DNA from: Thermoanaerobaculia bacterium
GTDB lineage: Bacteria > Acidobacteriota > Thermoanaerobaculia > Multivoradales > JAIOJS01
NCBI GenBank assembly: GCA_963806095.1
Contig: CAWDWV010000003.1
Location: forward strand, 64,657 to 128,656
Reading direction: 5' to 3'
Length of the DNA stretch: 64,000 bases
A program made the position numbers and the translations under genes. The notes beneath the pieces were generated by a model that saw only the letters and a program-made list of their open reading frames with translations, made no database searches and was not told the origin of the DNA. Below, in pieces: positions 1 to 9,890 of this stretch (its first letter is position 1; each line of letters begins with the position of its first letter).

Positions 1-1550
1 CTGCCCCGGCTGCCCCTTGCCGTCGAAGAACGAGCCGCCCAGGCGGTAGTCGCGCTCGTCGCAGCTGGCCACGCACGAGTTCCAGAACTCCTGGGTGTTG
101 GACTGGTAGGCGACGTCGCGCAGCATCGGCCGCCATCTTGCCGTCCTTGATCTCGTAGAACAGCTGGCCGCCGAACTGGAAGTTGTAGCGCTGCTGGTCG
201 ATCGAGTAGGAGCCGTCGCCGACGATGAGGATCCCCTTCTCGACCCCGGCGATGAGCTGCTGCGGGCGTGAGCTGCTCCTTGCCGGCGGCGAGCGAGACG
301 TTGGGCATGCGCTGGAACTGCACCGAGCTCCAGCTGTCGGCGTAGCAGCAGCCGTCGGACTCGGTCTGGCCGAGGATGTGGGCCTGGTCGCGGATCTTCT
401 GGTAGTCGACCAGGATGCCGTCCTTGACCAGGTCCCAGCGCTTGGTCTTCACGCCCTTCGTCGTCGTAGCCGACGGCGCCGAGCGAGCCGGGCTGGGTCT
501 TGTCGGCGAAGAGCGTGCACCTTGGGGCTGCCGTACTTGAAGCTCTTGGTCTGCCACTTGTCGAGGGTGGCGAAGCTGGTGCCGGCGTAGTTGGCCTCGT
601 AGCCGAGCACGCGGTCGAGCTCGAGCGGGTGGCCGACCGACTCGTGGATGGTGAGCCAGAGGTGGGTGGGGTCGAGGACGAGGTCGTACTTGCCGGCGTC
701 GACCGACTTGGCGGTGAGCTTCTCCTTGACCTGCGCGCCGGCCGCCTCGGCGTCGTCGAGCATGTCGTAGGTGTTGGCCCACAGCGGCGTGCCCAGCGTC
801 GAGACCGGCGCCGCCTTGCCGAGGTACTCCCAGCCCATCCCCATCGGCGCCGACAGGGCGTCGCGGGTCTGGAACTTGCCGCTCTTCTCGTCGATGGCGG
901 TGACCTGGAAGTTGGGCCAGATGCGGTGCACGTCCTGGTCGATCTAGGAGCCGTCGGTGGAGGCGAAGTACTTCTGCTCGTTGACCAGGAAGAGCTGCGA
1001 GTTGACGAACTTGGCGCCCGCCTTCATCGCCGCGGCGTTGACCGCCATCAGCAGGTCGACCTTCTCCTGGATCGGCACGTCGAACGCGCTCTTCTCGATC
1101 GGCGTCCGCCAGGAGACCTCGCCGTAGCCCTTCTGCGGCGCCAGGCGCACCGGCTCGGTCTGCACCTTGGCGTTGGCCTTGGCGATCGCGACGGCGCGCT
1201 CGGCGGCCTTCTCGACGCCGTCCTTGGTGACGTCGGAGGTGGCGGCGAAGCCCCAGGTGCCGTCGGCGATCACCCGCACGCCGACGCCGTAGGACTCGGT
1301 GTTGACGAGGTTCTGCACCTTGTCCTCGCGGGTGATGACGAACTGGTTGAGGTAGCGGCCGATGCGCACGTCGGCGTAGCTGGCGCCGCGGGCGCGCGCG
1401 CGTCTCCAGCGCGGCGTCGGCGAGCGCCTTCTTGTCCGCCGTGGGGATGGGAGTGGTGGCGCCGAACAGGTCGCGCGGCGCGCCGATGACGGGAATCATC
1501 AGCGTGCCCGCTCCCAGCCCGGTCAAACGCAGGAACTGGCGTCGGTCCAC
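1..1550 (-). pseudogene. tldD: TldD/PmbA-family Zn metalloprotease with Tat signal. Disrupted by 5 frame changes and 1 in-frame TAG. C-terminus runs off the window.
   Basis: The minus-strand translation starts at GTG 1550, after a GGAGG RBS. It gives VDRRQFLRLTGLGAG (twin-Arg), HESVGHPLELDR, GYEANYAGTSF and GDGSYSIDQQRYNFQFGG. Continuity requires frame switches near 1391-1402, 514, 454-456, 264-266 and 127, plus read-through of TAG at 941-943. Confidence 0.85.
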
Positions 1551-1721
1551 GAAGGCCTCCTCCTGGTCAACGGGTGGAAAGGGTGCAGCCGCCGGCACGC
1601 AAGGGCGCGCCAGCGGCAGGGATCCGCGTGGGGAGGGTCCGCACGATGACCAATATACGAGGTGCGGAAGCGAAGGTTGCCGGCGGTGGGCCGAGTGCTC
1701 TGCGTGCTACGCTGCCACGCG

Positions 1722-2015
1722 ATGCAGCTGGTGCTCGAGGTCGAGCAGGAGACCGACGGTCGCTGGCTGGCCGAGGTGCTCGACCTGCCCGGCGTGCTGG
1801 TCTACGGCCCGACGGCCGACGCCGCGGCCGCCGCGGCGAAGGCGCTCTCGCTGCGCGTGCTGGCCGACCGCATCGAGCACGGCGAGCTGGCCCCGGCGGA
1901 CCTCGACTCCGTGTCGTTCGTGCAGCGTGAGCCGCTGGCCGTCTCGCAAGGCGCGCCGGGTCCTGGCGGCTCTGCTCCGCATCGGCTGGTCAGTGGCGCG
2001 GCAGACCGGCTCTAA
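1722..2015 (+). CDS. HicB-like (UPF0150) antitoxin candidate; 3' end uncertain
   Basis: MQLVLEVEQETDGRWLAEVLDLPGVLVYGPTADAAAAAAKALSL resembles the HicB/UPF0150 fold. The tail overlaps the next ORF by about 90 nt. Confidence 0.5.
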   Translation: MQLVLEVEQETDGRWLAEVLDLPGVLVYGPTADAAAAAAKALSLRVLADRIEHGELAPADLDSVSFVQREPLAVSQGAPGPGGSAPHRLVSGAADRL

Positions 2016-2121
2016 TCGCGTGCTGCGGCGTGCGGGCTGGCCCGATTTCGTCTGGGCGTTCCACGACGGCGACGAAATCGGGCCGGTGATGCTGGCGCGG
2101 ATCGCGCGGCAACTGGACTGA
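1927..2121 (+). CDS. HicA-like (YcfA) mRNA interferase toxin candidate
   Basis: 64 aa with a GTG start. KARRVLAALLRIGWSVARQTGSNRVL...FHDGDEIGPVMLARIARQ matches the HicA pattern (K-x-R-x-hhxxLxxxGW...GSH..). Confidence 0.55.
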   Translation: MSRWPSRKARRVLAALLRIGWSVARQTGSNRVLRRAGWPDFVWAFHDGDEIGPVMLARIARQLD

Positions 2122-2178
2122 CCCTGCAGGACCTGTGAGCGGTCGGGCGGCTGACGTCACCGCACTGGAAGAAGGGGG

Positions 2179-2796
2179 TTGGGAATGGCAGATCGCCTCA
2201 AGAAGATCGTTGCCCTTCTGTGGATCTTGTCCAGCCCTGCAGCGCTGTGGGCCGCGCCTTCCCTTGAACACGCTCGCGACCTCCTAGACGAAGCTCGCGA
2301 AGAGCTCGAAGCGGTGTTGACCAGCGACGGCTCCAGCGCGGAGGACCGCACCGCCGCTCTCGCCCTGCTCAAGCAGCTCAACGGCGAGCAGGCGACCGCA
2401 CCCGCGGCACCTTCCACGGGGCAGCTCGTCGACAATGGCGATGGCACCGCGAGCGATCCGGTGACCGGGTTGACGTGGGCGCTGAAGGACAGCGGCGGTC
2501 CCACCACGTTCGAGGGTGCCGCCTCCAACTGTGGTTCCTCGAAGCGCGCGGGCCACGACGATTGGCGGCTGCCCACCCTCGCGGACATTCGCAGCCTGAT
2601 CGTCGACAAGTTCGCGGGCAACTACCGCGTGTCGCCGTTGCTACAACTTACGAGTTGCACGCCGTGGGTGGTCAACGACAGGCTCGACGCGCCCTCATTC
2701 ATGGAGGCCGACCTTTGCGACGGCGGCGGCATGGTAGTCAATGCCAAGTGGAAACGGGCACCGGCACTTTGCGTGCGCGGCCCACGAATCCCCTGA
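2179..2796 (+). CDS. Secreted DUF1566 (Lcl C-terminal domain) protein
   Basis: Signal peptide IVALLWILSSPAALWA. DNGDGTASDPVTGLTWA...AGHDDWRLPTLADIRSL is typical of DUF1566. Confidence 0.65.
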   Translation: MGMADRLKKIVALLWILSSPAALWAAPSLEHARDLLDEAREELEAVLTSDGSSAEDRTAALALLKQLNGEQATAPAAPSTGQLVDNGDGTASDPVTGLTWALKDSGGPTTFEGAASNCGSSKRAGHDDWRLPTLADIRSLIVDKFAGNYRVSPLLQLTSCTPWVVNDRLDAPSFMEADLCDGGGMVVNAKWKRAPALCVRGPRIP

Positions 2797-2921
2797 CGTC
2801 GGCCGGCGCCAGGGGGGAAGTGCGATGTCGCAGACTCGAACATGCTGCTCCCGAGGTGCTAGAAGGCTGCCTGCGGCCGTAGTTCGCCGGGTTCGGACCG
2901 GGCTCGTCGGATAGGCCCGCG

Positions 2922-3266
2922 TCAGGAGAGGTGGCGGGGCCTGACGTGAAGAAGCTCCGCGCGTCGCGTGACCGTCATCAGAAACGGTGGTTCGACTGGC
3001 GGGAGCTCCGCGAAGAGCCGCCGGAGCGTGTCGAGGATGATGGCGGGTTCCAAGTGCCCGGGTCGAAGCAGGATGACGCCGCGACACCGTTCGCCTTTCC
3101 GGATGGCGAGGGCGCCGAAGTCGGGGTCTTGGGTGACGACGACACGGTCGGTCAGCCGCGCGTGCTGGAGAACTTCCGTGTCGCTCTGCCCACAGAGGTT
3201 CGCTTCCGCCGCCGTTTCGACGTCGATTCCGAGCTCGCGGAGCGAGGGCGCGAGCTCGACCGGCAC
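2922..3266 (-). CDS. DUF5615 (PIN-like/Mut7-C-like) protein, putative toxin
   Basis: The sequence ...VVVTQDPDFGALAIRKGERCRGVILLR... is typical of DUF5615. The true start is probably a few codons upstream (LLLDENVPVE), overlapping the DUF433 stop. Confidence 0.55.
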   Translation of the reverse strand: MPVELAPSLRELGIDVETAAEANLCGQSDTEVLQHARLTDRVVVTQDPDFGALAIRKGERCRGVILLRPGHLEPAIILDTLRRLFAELPPVEPPFLMTVTRRAELLHVRPRHLS

Positions 3267-3298
3267 ATTCTCGTCGAGGAGGAGGGGGAAGGAGGCGT

Positions 3299-3544
3299 TC
3301 AGGCTTCGCTTCCGGAGGCTGCCAGCACGACGTCCTCCCTCACTCTTTGGGCGGCGAAATGCAACGCCGCCGCGAGTGCTTCATCCGCGACTTGCGGGTA
3401 AGCCCGCGTGATCTCCTCCTGCGAGGCCCCGCCCGCAAGCAGCTCGAGGAGGAAATCCACGCTGATCCGCGTGCCGCGGATGCAAGGCTTGCCTCCGAGC
3501 ACGTCGGGCTGGGAAACGATCCAGGCGTCGATCACAACCTCCAT
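3299..3544 (-). CDS. DUF433 protein, putative antitoxin partner
   Basis: IVSQPDVLGGKPCIRGTRISVDFLLELLAGGASQEEITRAYP is the DUF433 signature. It sits directly upstream of the DUF5615 gene. Confidence 0.65.
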   Translation of the reverse strand: MEVVIDAWIVSQPDVLGGKPCIRGTRISVDFLLELLAGGASQEEITRAYPQVADEALAAALHFAAQRVREDVVLAASGSEA

Positions 3545-3611
3545 TATCGCTCTTGTGCCGCCAACCCAGCTCACCTGCGTGCGGTTCCTGAGGCCGTGCT
3601 ATACCTTGTTC

Positions 3612-4046
3612 GTGGCTCTCGTCCTGACAGCCGGGGAGCTGGCGTCGATCCGCGAGCACGCGCTGGCGGCGTATCCGGAGGAGTGCTGTGGGCTGCTGCT
3701 CGGCGAGGCGGCGGCGGGGCGCGAGGACGTGACCTCGGTGGTGCCGTTGGAGAACCGCTACGCGGAGCCGCGACGTGGCTTTGAGCTGGCCCCGGACGCC
3801 GTGGCATGCGCGATGGCGCAGGAGCGACGCGGTGGGCGGGCGGTGGTGGGCGTCTACCATTCACACCCGGACGGCGCGGCGCTGCCGAGTCGGCGCGACG
3901 AGCGCGAGGCGTGGCCGGGTTGGAGCTACCTGATCGTGCCGGTCACGAATGGCGACTGCGGCGAGCCGCGGTCGTTCCGTCGAGAAGCGGCGGGGCGACC
4001 GCTGATCGAGGAGCCAGTCGACGTCGTGGAGGCCTCGATCGCATGA
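3612..4046 (+). CDS. JAMM/MPN+ (Mov34/Mec-like) metalloprotease
   Basis: YPEECCGLLLG and the JAMM motif VGVYHSHPDGAALPSRRD (HxHx7Sx2D). The stop overlaps the next start (ATGA). Confidence 0.8.
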   Translation: MALVLTAGELASIREHALAAYPEECCGLLLGEAAAGREDVTSVVPLENRYAEPRRGFELAPDAVACAMAQERRGGRAVVGVYHSHPDGAALPSRRDEREAWPGWSYLIVPVTNGDCGEPRSFRREAAGRPLIEEPVDVVEASIA

Positions 4047-5279
4047 GCGCGCTCGACCTCGTCGCCGAGCTGCCTTCTCTCGACGCCGTCGAGATGCGGC
4101 GGTACGGGCGGCACTTGGTCATCCCCGAGGTGGGGCCGGAGGGTCAGCGCAAGCTCAAGGCGGCGCGGGTGATGCTCGTCGGCGCCGGCGGGCTCGGCTC
4201 GCCTCTCGCGCTCTACCTCGCTGCGGCGGGAGTCGGGCGGCTCGGGCTCGTCGACTTCGACCGCGTCGAGGCGAGCAACCTGCAGCGGCAGTTGCTCTTC
4301 GGCGAGGGCGACGTCGGCCGCGACAAGGTGTCGGCCGCGGTGGCTCGGCTGCGCGAGGTCAACCCGCACGTGACCGTCGAGCCGCACGGCGTGCGGCTCA
4401 CCGCCGCCAACGCCCTCGAGCTGCTGCGCGGCTACGACGTGATCGCCGACGGCTCGGACAATTTCGCCACCCGCTACCTCGTCAACGACGCCTGCGTGCT
4501 GCTCGGCAAGCCCGACGTGTGGGGCGCGGTGCAGCGCTTCGAGGGGCAGCTCGCCGTCTTCTGGGCGGCGAAGGGCGCCTGCTACCGCTGCCTCTTCCCC
4601 GAGCCGCCGCCGCCGGGCGCCGTGCCTTCGTGCGCCGAGGCTGGCGTGCTCGGGGTGCTGCCCTGGAATCGTCGGCGCCCTGCAGGCGAGCGAGGTGCTG
4701 AAGCTGCTGCTCGGCATCGGCGAGCCGGCGGTGGGGCGGCTGCTCACCTTCGACGCGCTGCGGCTGCGCTTCCGCGAGCTCGCGCTCAAGAAGAGCCCGA
4801 GCTGCCCGATCTGTTCAGCGCAGCCGACGCAGCGCGGGCTGATCGACTACCCGGAGCTGTGCGGTGAAGGCGGCGCGGGGACGCGCTCGGACATTGCGTT
4901 GGAGGGGAGCGGCGTGAGCGAGACGAACACCGGCGGAGCATCGTTCGATGGACCTTGGGAGGACCTCGAGGTGGAGGTCGCTGACCTGCAGCGCTGGCGC
5001 GACGAGGGGCGCGACCTGCAGCTGCTCGACGTGCGGCAGCCGGTCGAGCACTCGATCGCGCACATCGAGGGCGCACTGCTGGTGCCGCTCCCCCAGCTGC
5101 CCGCGCGCGTCGGCGAGCTCGACCCCGCGCGGCCGGTGGTCGTCTACTGCCACCACGGGCCCCGCTCGCTGCATGCCACCGAGTGGCTGCGGGCGCAGGG
5201 CTTCCCTCGGGCGGCGTCGCTCGCCGGCGGCATCGACGCCTGGAGCGTCGAGGTCGACCCCGAAGTCGCTCGCTACTAG
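4043..5279 (+). CDS. moeZ: MoeB/ThiF-type E1-like adenylyltransferase fused to rhodanese (MoeZ type); single frameshift
   Basis: LVGAGGLGSPLALYLAAAGVG nucleotide loop, CYRC and CPIC pairs, and a C-terminal rhodanese (VVVYCHHGPRS). An extra C in the run at 4661-4663 splits it into ORFs 3806..4867 and 4695..5279. Confidence 0.85.
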
Positions 5280-5343
5280 CACTTCACAGCGTCGCGGCCG
5301 GGGTTGCGCCTAGAATGTCGCAGCCCGCAACCGGCCCGCGCCC

Positions 5344-6138
5344 ATGAGCCGCCTCTCGATCACGCCTCTCGGCACCAACGGCTTCATTCCCACCCACGGC
5401 CGCCAGACGCAGTGCTACCTGGTGCGCCGCGGCGAGGCGGCCTTCGTGCTCGACGCCGGCACCGGGCTCGGGCGGCTGCTCGAGGCGCCGCTGGCCAAGG
5501 CGCTCGTCGGGATCGAGCGGCTGGAGATCGTGCTCACCCACTACCACCTGGACCACACGGTCGGCCTGTCGTACCTGACCGCCGTCAACGGCTCGCTGCC
5601 GGTGCGCATCTACGCGCCGGCGCCGCCGCTGGTCGACGGTACCCCGGAAGCGCTGGCGCGGCTGATCGCGCCGCCGCTGTTCCCGCTGCGCTTCGCCGAG
5701 TTCCCGGTGGCGGTCGAGGTGGTGCCGTACACGCACGAGACGCTGGAAGTCGCCGGCGCGCGCCTACGGCTGCGGCGCCAGGAGCACGCGGGCGGCTCGG
5801 TGGGCGTGGTGGTCGACGATCGGCTCGCCTACCTCACGGATTGCGAGGCGGAGGAGGCTTCCGCCGACTTCGCGCGCGGCGTCGAGCTGCTGCTGCACGA
5901 GGTGTGGGTGACCGACGACGAGGCGGCGGCCGGAGCGCAGCGCCGCGGGCACTCGACGGTGGAGAAGGTGGCCGCGCTGGCGAGCGCCGCGGGCGCCGCC
6001 ACCTTGATGCCCATGCACCACCATCCGACGCGCTCGACGGCGGAGCTCGAGGAGATCACTGCGCGCCTGGGCGAGCTCTCCACGGCGCGCGTGGTGCTGC
6101 CGGTCGAAGGCCGCGAGTACGCGCTCGACGGGCGCTGA
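5344..6138 (+). CDS. MBL-fold metallo-hydrolase
   Basis: The HYHLDH motif (HxHxDH), with AGTGLG upstream and LLHEVW / MPMHHH downstream. Confidence 0.8.
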   Translation: MSRLSITPLGTNGFIPTHGRQTQCYLVRRGEAAFVLDAGTGLGRLLEAPLAKALVGIERLEIVLTHYHLDHTVGLSYLTAVNGSLPVRIYAPAPPLVDGTPEALARLIAPPLFPLRFAEFPVAVEVVPYTHETLEVAGARLRLRRQEHAGGSVGVVVDDRLAYLTDCEAEEASADFARGVELLLHEVWVTDDEAAAGAQRRGHSTVEKVAALASAAGAATLMPMHHHPTRSTAELEEITARLGELSTARVVLPVEGREYALDGR

Positions 6139-6145
6139 GCGCACG

Positions 6146-8323
6146 ATGACGTCGCCGGCGTCGAGCGCGGCGGCGAGGCCGATCGCTGCGGGCACGTCGC
6201 CACCCGGACGGACGCCGCGGTCCGAGCGGGCGTGGCTGCTCGCGGCCTGCCTGCTTGCGCTGGTTCTCCGGCTGGGCACGGCGCCCGAGGTGTTGGGCGG
6301 CGACCCGGTGCAGCGCGGTCGCGTCGTGCTCGACGGCACCGACGGCTACTACCACCTGCGCCGCGCCTGGCTCGTCCTCGCCGACTGGCCGCGCGTGCCG
6401 CAGCGCGATGCGTTCCTCGGGCCGCCAGGGTTGCCCGGACCCCAGAAGGGCGGCCGGATCTCGTGGCCGCCGCTGTTCGACTGGACCCTGGCAGCGCTCG
6501 CCAAGGTCTACCCGGCGCCGTCGGAGCCGGCGCCGATGCGGGGTCCTCGAGCGCCAACCGCGGCGGAGCCGGCGCTAGAGGCCGTCGGCGCGCGGCTGCC
6601 GGTGTTGCTCGGCATCGCGCAGGTGCTCGTTGCGGCGGCGTTGGCGCGGCGACTCGGCGGTCCCCAGGCCGCCGTGGCGGCCGCCTTTCTCGCCGCGGCG
6701 CTGCCCGCCGCCGTGCGCTACACGCTGCTCGGCGCGCTCGACCACGATCCGGCGGTGGAGCTGCTGGCGATGCTGGCGTTGCTCGGGCTCGCTCGGGCGT
6801 TGCAGCCGGCGAGTGCGATCGACGATGCACGCGAATCGGAAGGGCGAGTGGCGAACGACGACTCGCAGGTCCGGCGCGCTCGTTGGCTGCCCGCGGGTCA
6901 GGCGCTGCTCGTCGCCGCGGCGCTCGCCGCGCTGCCGCTGACGTGGGCGGGCAGCGAGGTGCATCTGGCGCTGGTTGCGCTGGCGCTCCTCGGTGCCGTC
7001 CTCGGCGGCGGCTGGCGCATCGCGGCGCCGGCGGGTGCGGTGCTTGCCGTAGGCGCCTCCGTCGCGGCGGTCGCCGTCGCTCCTTTCGCCGCTGACAGCG
7101 TCTGGAGCGGTCTCGACGCCGGCGCCTTCGCCGGTCTCTCGTGGCTGCACGTGGCCGCGTCGTGCGCTCTCGCCGTCTGGGGCGCGCTCGCGGCGCTGCT
7201 CGGCCGCGCGTCGCTCTCGACTGCGATGCGGAACACGGCGGCCGGGGCGGGAGCGCTCGCCGTGCTCGCGCTCGTCGCGCTGTTGCCGGCGACGGTGGCG
7301 CCTCTCGCCGCCGGCCTGCGCTTCGTCGGCGGCCGCGATGCCTTCCTCGCCGCCGTCGCCGAGTCGCGGCCGCTGCTCTTCCTCTTCGGGCCCTTCGACC
7401 CGCGGCCCGCGCTCGTTCGCCTCTCGGCGCTGCCGATCGTCCTGCCGATCGTGCTCGTGCGCTGGCGCTCGCGCCGCGATGCCGCGCTCGGCGTCGTCAT
7501 CGCCTGGGCCGCAGGCGCGCTCGCTCTCGCGATCGTCCAGTCCCGTTACAGCCACGCCGCCGCGTTGTCCCTCGCCGTCCTCGGCGGCGTCGTCTGGCAA
7601 CGGCTGCCGAGCCGTGCGCCGCGGACGCTCTTCGTCGCCGCGCTCGCGCCCTGTCTCGCCGCCTACCTCGCCATCCCCGCCTTCGGCGGCCTGCGCCTCT
7701 ACGGCCGCCCCGCCGACCTCGTCACCACCGGCATGGCGGAGGTTACGGCGTTCCTTGCCGCCACAGGCCCGCCGCCGCCCGCCTGGCGCGACGGCACGGG
7801 CGAAGCGACCGACGCCGTGCTCGCCCCGTGGAGCCACGGCCACTGGATCCATTGGCGCGCCCGCCGCCCGACGCTGGCCAACCCCTTCGGCCCGTACGGC
7901 CAGACGGGCTTCGCCGACGGGCAGCGCTTCTGGCTCCTCACCGATCCGCGCGCCGCCGCCGAGCTCCTGCGCCGTCACCAGGTCCGCTGGGTCGTCGCGC
8001 CGACGACGCTACAGCCGCCGTGGGAGCTGGCCGCCCTCGCCGGCGACGATGCCAGCCCGTGGCGCCAGGACGCCGTAGCCGGCAGCCCGCGGTTCTTGCG
8101 CACCATGGGCGCGCGCCTGGCGTGGTCGGCCGACACTCCCTACTTCCGCGAGGTCTACCGCACCGGCGCCAGCCGCCGCCTCCTGCACGTTCCGAACGTT
8201 CCGAACGTTCCGAACGTCCCGAACGTTCCGAACGGCACGCTCGCGCCGCTGCTTCGCGTCTACGAGCTGGTGCCCGCCGCTGGCGTCGTCACAGCTCCAC
8301 GTCGTGCGCCATCGGGTCCTTGA
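6146..8323 (+). CDS. GT-C fold membrane glycosyltransferase, STT3/AglB-like oligosaccharyltransferase homolog
   Basis: About 13 predicted TM helices. The N-terminal loop DGTDGYYHLRR..WPPLFDW resembles the AglB DxD loop. PWSHGHWIHWRARRPTLANPF sits where WWDYGHWI lies in STT3. Confidence 0.55.
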   Translation: MTSPASSAAARPIAAGTSPPGRTPRSERAWLLAACLLALVLRLGTAPEVLGGDPVQRGRVVLDGTDGYYHLRRAWLVLADWPRVPQRDAFLGPPGLPGPQKGGRISWPPLFDWTLAALAKVYPAPSEPAPMRGPRAPTAAEPALEAVGARLPVLLGIAQVLVAAALARRLGGPQAAVAAAFLAAALPAAVRYTLLGALDHDPAVELLAMLALLGLARALQPASAIDDARESEGRVANDDSQVRRARWLPAGQALLVAAALAALPLTWAGSEVHLALVALALLGAVLGGGWRIAAPAGAVLAVGASVAAVAVAPFAADSVWSGLDAGAFAGLSWLHVAASCALAVWGALAALLGRASLSTAMRNTAAGAGALAVLALVALLPATVAPLAAGLRFVGGRDAFLAAVAESRPLLFLFGPFDPRPALVRLSALPIVLPIVLVRWRSRRDAALGVVIAWAAGALALAIVQSRYSHAAALSLAVLGGVVWQRLPSRAPRTLFVAALAPCLAAYLAIPAFGGLRLYGRPADLVTTGMAEVTAFLAATGPPPPAWRDGTGEATDAVLAPWSHGHWIHWRARRPTLANPFGPYGQTGFADGQRFWLLTDPRAAAELLRRHQVRWVVAPTTLQPPWELAALAGDDASPWRQDAVAGSPRFLRTMGARLAWSADTPYFREVYRTGASRRLLHVPNVPNVPNVPNVPNGTLAPLLRVYELVPAAGVVTAPRRAPSGP
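8189..8233 (+). repeat. Coding 9-bp tandem repeat x5, (Val-Pro-Asn)5
   Basis: gttccgaac x5 (one gtc variant), codon-aligned within the STT3-like ORF. Confidence 0.95.
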
Positions 8324-9789
8324 GCACGCGGAAGTAGTGCGAGGTCCCGTAGTAGGCGAAGTTCGCCACCCGCGACGTGTAGATGCACGAGAAGTCGTCC
8401 ACCTGGCTGCCGAAGAGGCTCTGGCTGCCGCCCTGCTTGAACACCGACCCCCAGGTCGGGTTGTAGCGCGTGGCGATCGCCTCCTCCTGCTCGCCCGCCC
8501 GCCGCCGCAACGCCCGGTGCTCCTGCTGCAGCTGCTCGAGGCGCAGCCGCGCCGCCGCCTGCGCGCCCTCGGCTTCCTCGCCCGGGTGCCGGCCGTAGAG
8601 ACCGAGCACGTCGCGCAGGTCGTCCATCTTGTGCCCCATCGTCGACAGCTCGCCTTTGAGCGCGTCCAGGTGCCGCAGCTGCGGCGCCTGCTCCTGCTGC
8701 TTCTCGAGCTCGTCCTCGAGCTCCGACAGCACCAGCGCCGTGCGCCAGGTGGAGGTGAGCTTGCTCGACACGATGTCGCCGTAGATGTGGTCGCCGACGT
8801 AGAGGAAGCTCTCGCCGGGCACCTGCATGAGGTCCTCGAGCCCCCAGCGGCTGCCGCCGGCGTAGACCTTCCCCCAGCTCGGCACGTCGACCTCGCCCAG
8901 CGGCCGGCCGTCGCCGTCGAGCTCGACGAACGGGTTGCGCTTCCTGAAGAAGCCGGGCTTGCGCGAGCTGACGATCACCAGCGCGAACAGCTCGCGCCAG
9001 CTGTCGAGCCCGGGCAGCACGCCGTCGAAGAGGTACGAGCAGAGCCGGTCGGTGTAGGTCCAGTCGGAGTTGGTGATCAGGATCAGCTTGCGCTCGGGCA
9101 GCTGCAGCCGCACCAGCGCCAGCGCCAGGGCGCGGTCGCGCGGCAGGTAGCGCGGCAGGTCGGCGGCGATGCGCGGCTTCAGCGGCCCCTCGGCGTGGAC
9201 GCCGTCGACGGCGGCGCGCACGTCGGCGAAGAGCTTGCTGTACGACGGCGGGTCGAGGAGCTTGCGGCGCTGCAGCTCGACGAGCTCGGCGAGCAGGTTC
9301 ACCTCCGGCAGCTCGAAGAGGGTGTCCACCCAGTAGAAGCGCTCGCTGCGCAGGTCGAGGCGCTCCTGGCGGTAGAGCTTCGCCCGCGCGCCGCCGTCGA
9401 GCAGCTCGCGGCCGAGGTAGGCGCGGCCGACGTAGCGGTGACGGTCCATCTTCAGCACCACGCCCGCCTCGCGGTCGACGATGACGCCCGCGGTGCGGAA
9501 AGTGGGGGCGGAACTCGGCGCGGCGCACCGCCGGCGGATAGTCGAAGTGGCTCACCAGGCGGTCGAGGGCGAGCTCGAAGATCAGCTCCTCGATGGGCAG
9601 CCGGTAGTAGGGGGCGATCGTCCAGTCGAGGTCGAAGCCGATGCAGCGGATGCGCTCCATGCGCAGCGCGCGGTTGACGAAGACGCGCCGCGACGGCGGC
9701 GGCTCGACGCCGGCGAGGGCGTGGCGCAGCAGCGCGATCTCCGGCGAGGCCGGCGGGGCAGCGAGCGGTGGGGTGGGAGGCTGCGGCAA
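8289..9789 (-). CDS. HAD-superfamily cytosolic 5'-nucleotidase (cN-II/5_nucleotid family); single frameshift
   Basis: IGFDLDWTIAPYY (DxDxT), LILITNSDWTYT and LYVGDHIYGDIV. The G5 run at 9504-9508 (C5 on the coding strand) switches the frame between the ORFs ending at 9789 and 9461. Confidence 0.85.
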
Positions 9790-9890
9790 GACGACCTCTG
9801 CGCGCTGGTGATCTTAGCGGGCGCCCCGACACGACAAGGCCGAGGGTGCGGCCCCTCGGCCTCGACCATCACGGTGCCGCGCGTCCGCGC

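Noticed and set aside
941-943. In-frame TAG in tldD as programmed read-through or pyrrolysine
   Set aside because: The same gene has five frameshifts, and no Pyl machinery is visible. The codon replaces an expected Tyr (DGS-Y-IDQ), which fits a point lesion or error.
5829-7978. Long minus-strand ORFs (5829..6830, 6575..7978) opposite the MBL and STT3-like genes
   Set aside because: The translations are Arg/Ala/Pro/Gly-rich low-complexity sequence with no motifs. These are typical shadow ORFs of very GC-rich DNA, and the plus-strand genes have clear family signatures.
8189-8233. 9-bp x5 tandem repeat as a regulatory or phase-variation element
   Set aside because: It is codon-aligned inside an ORF and its length is a multiple of three, so slippage would change the repeat number but not the frame. 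It is kept only as a coding repeat.
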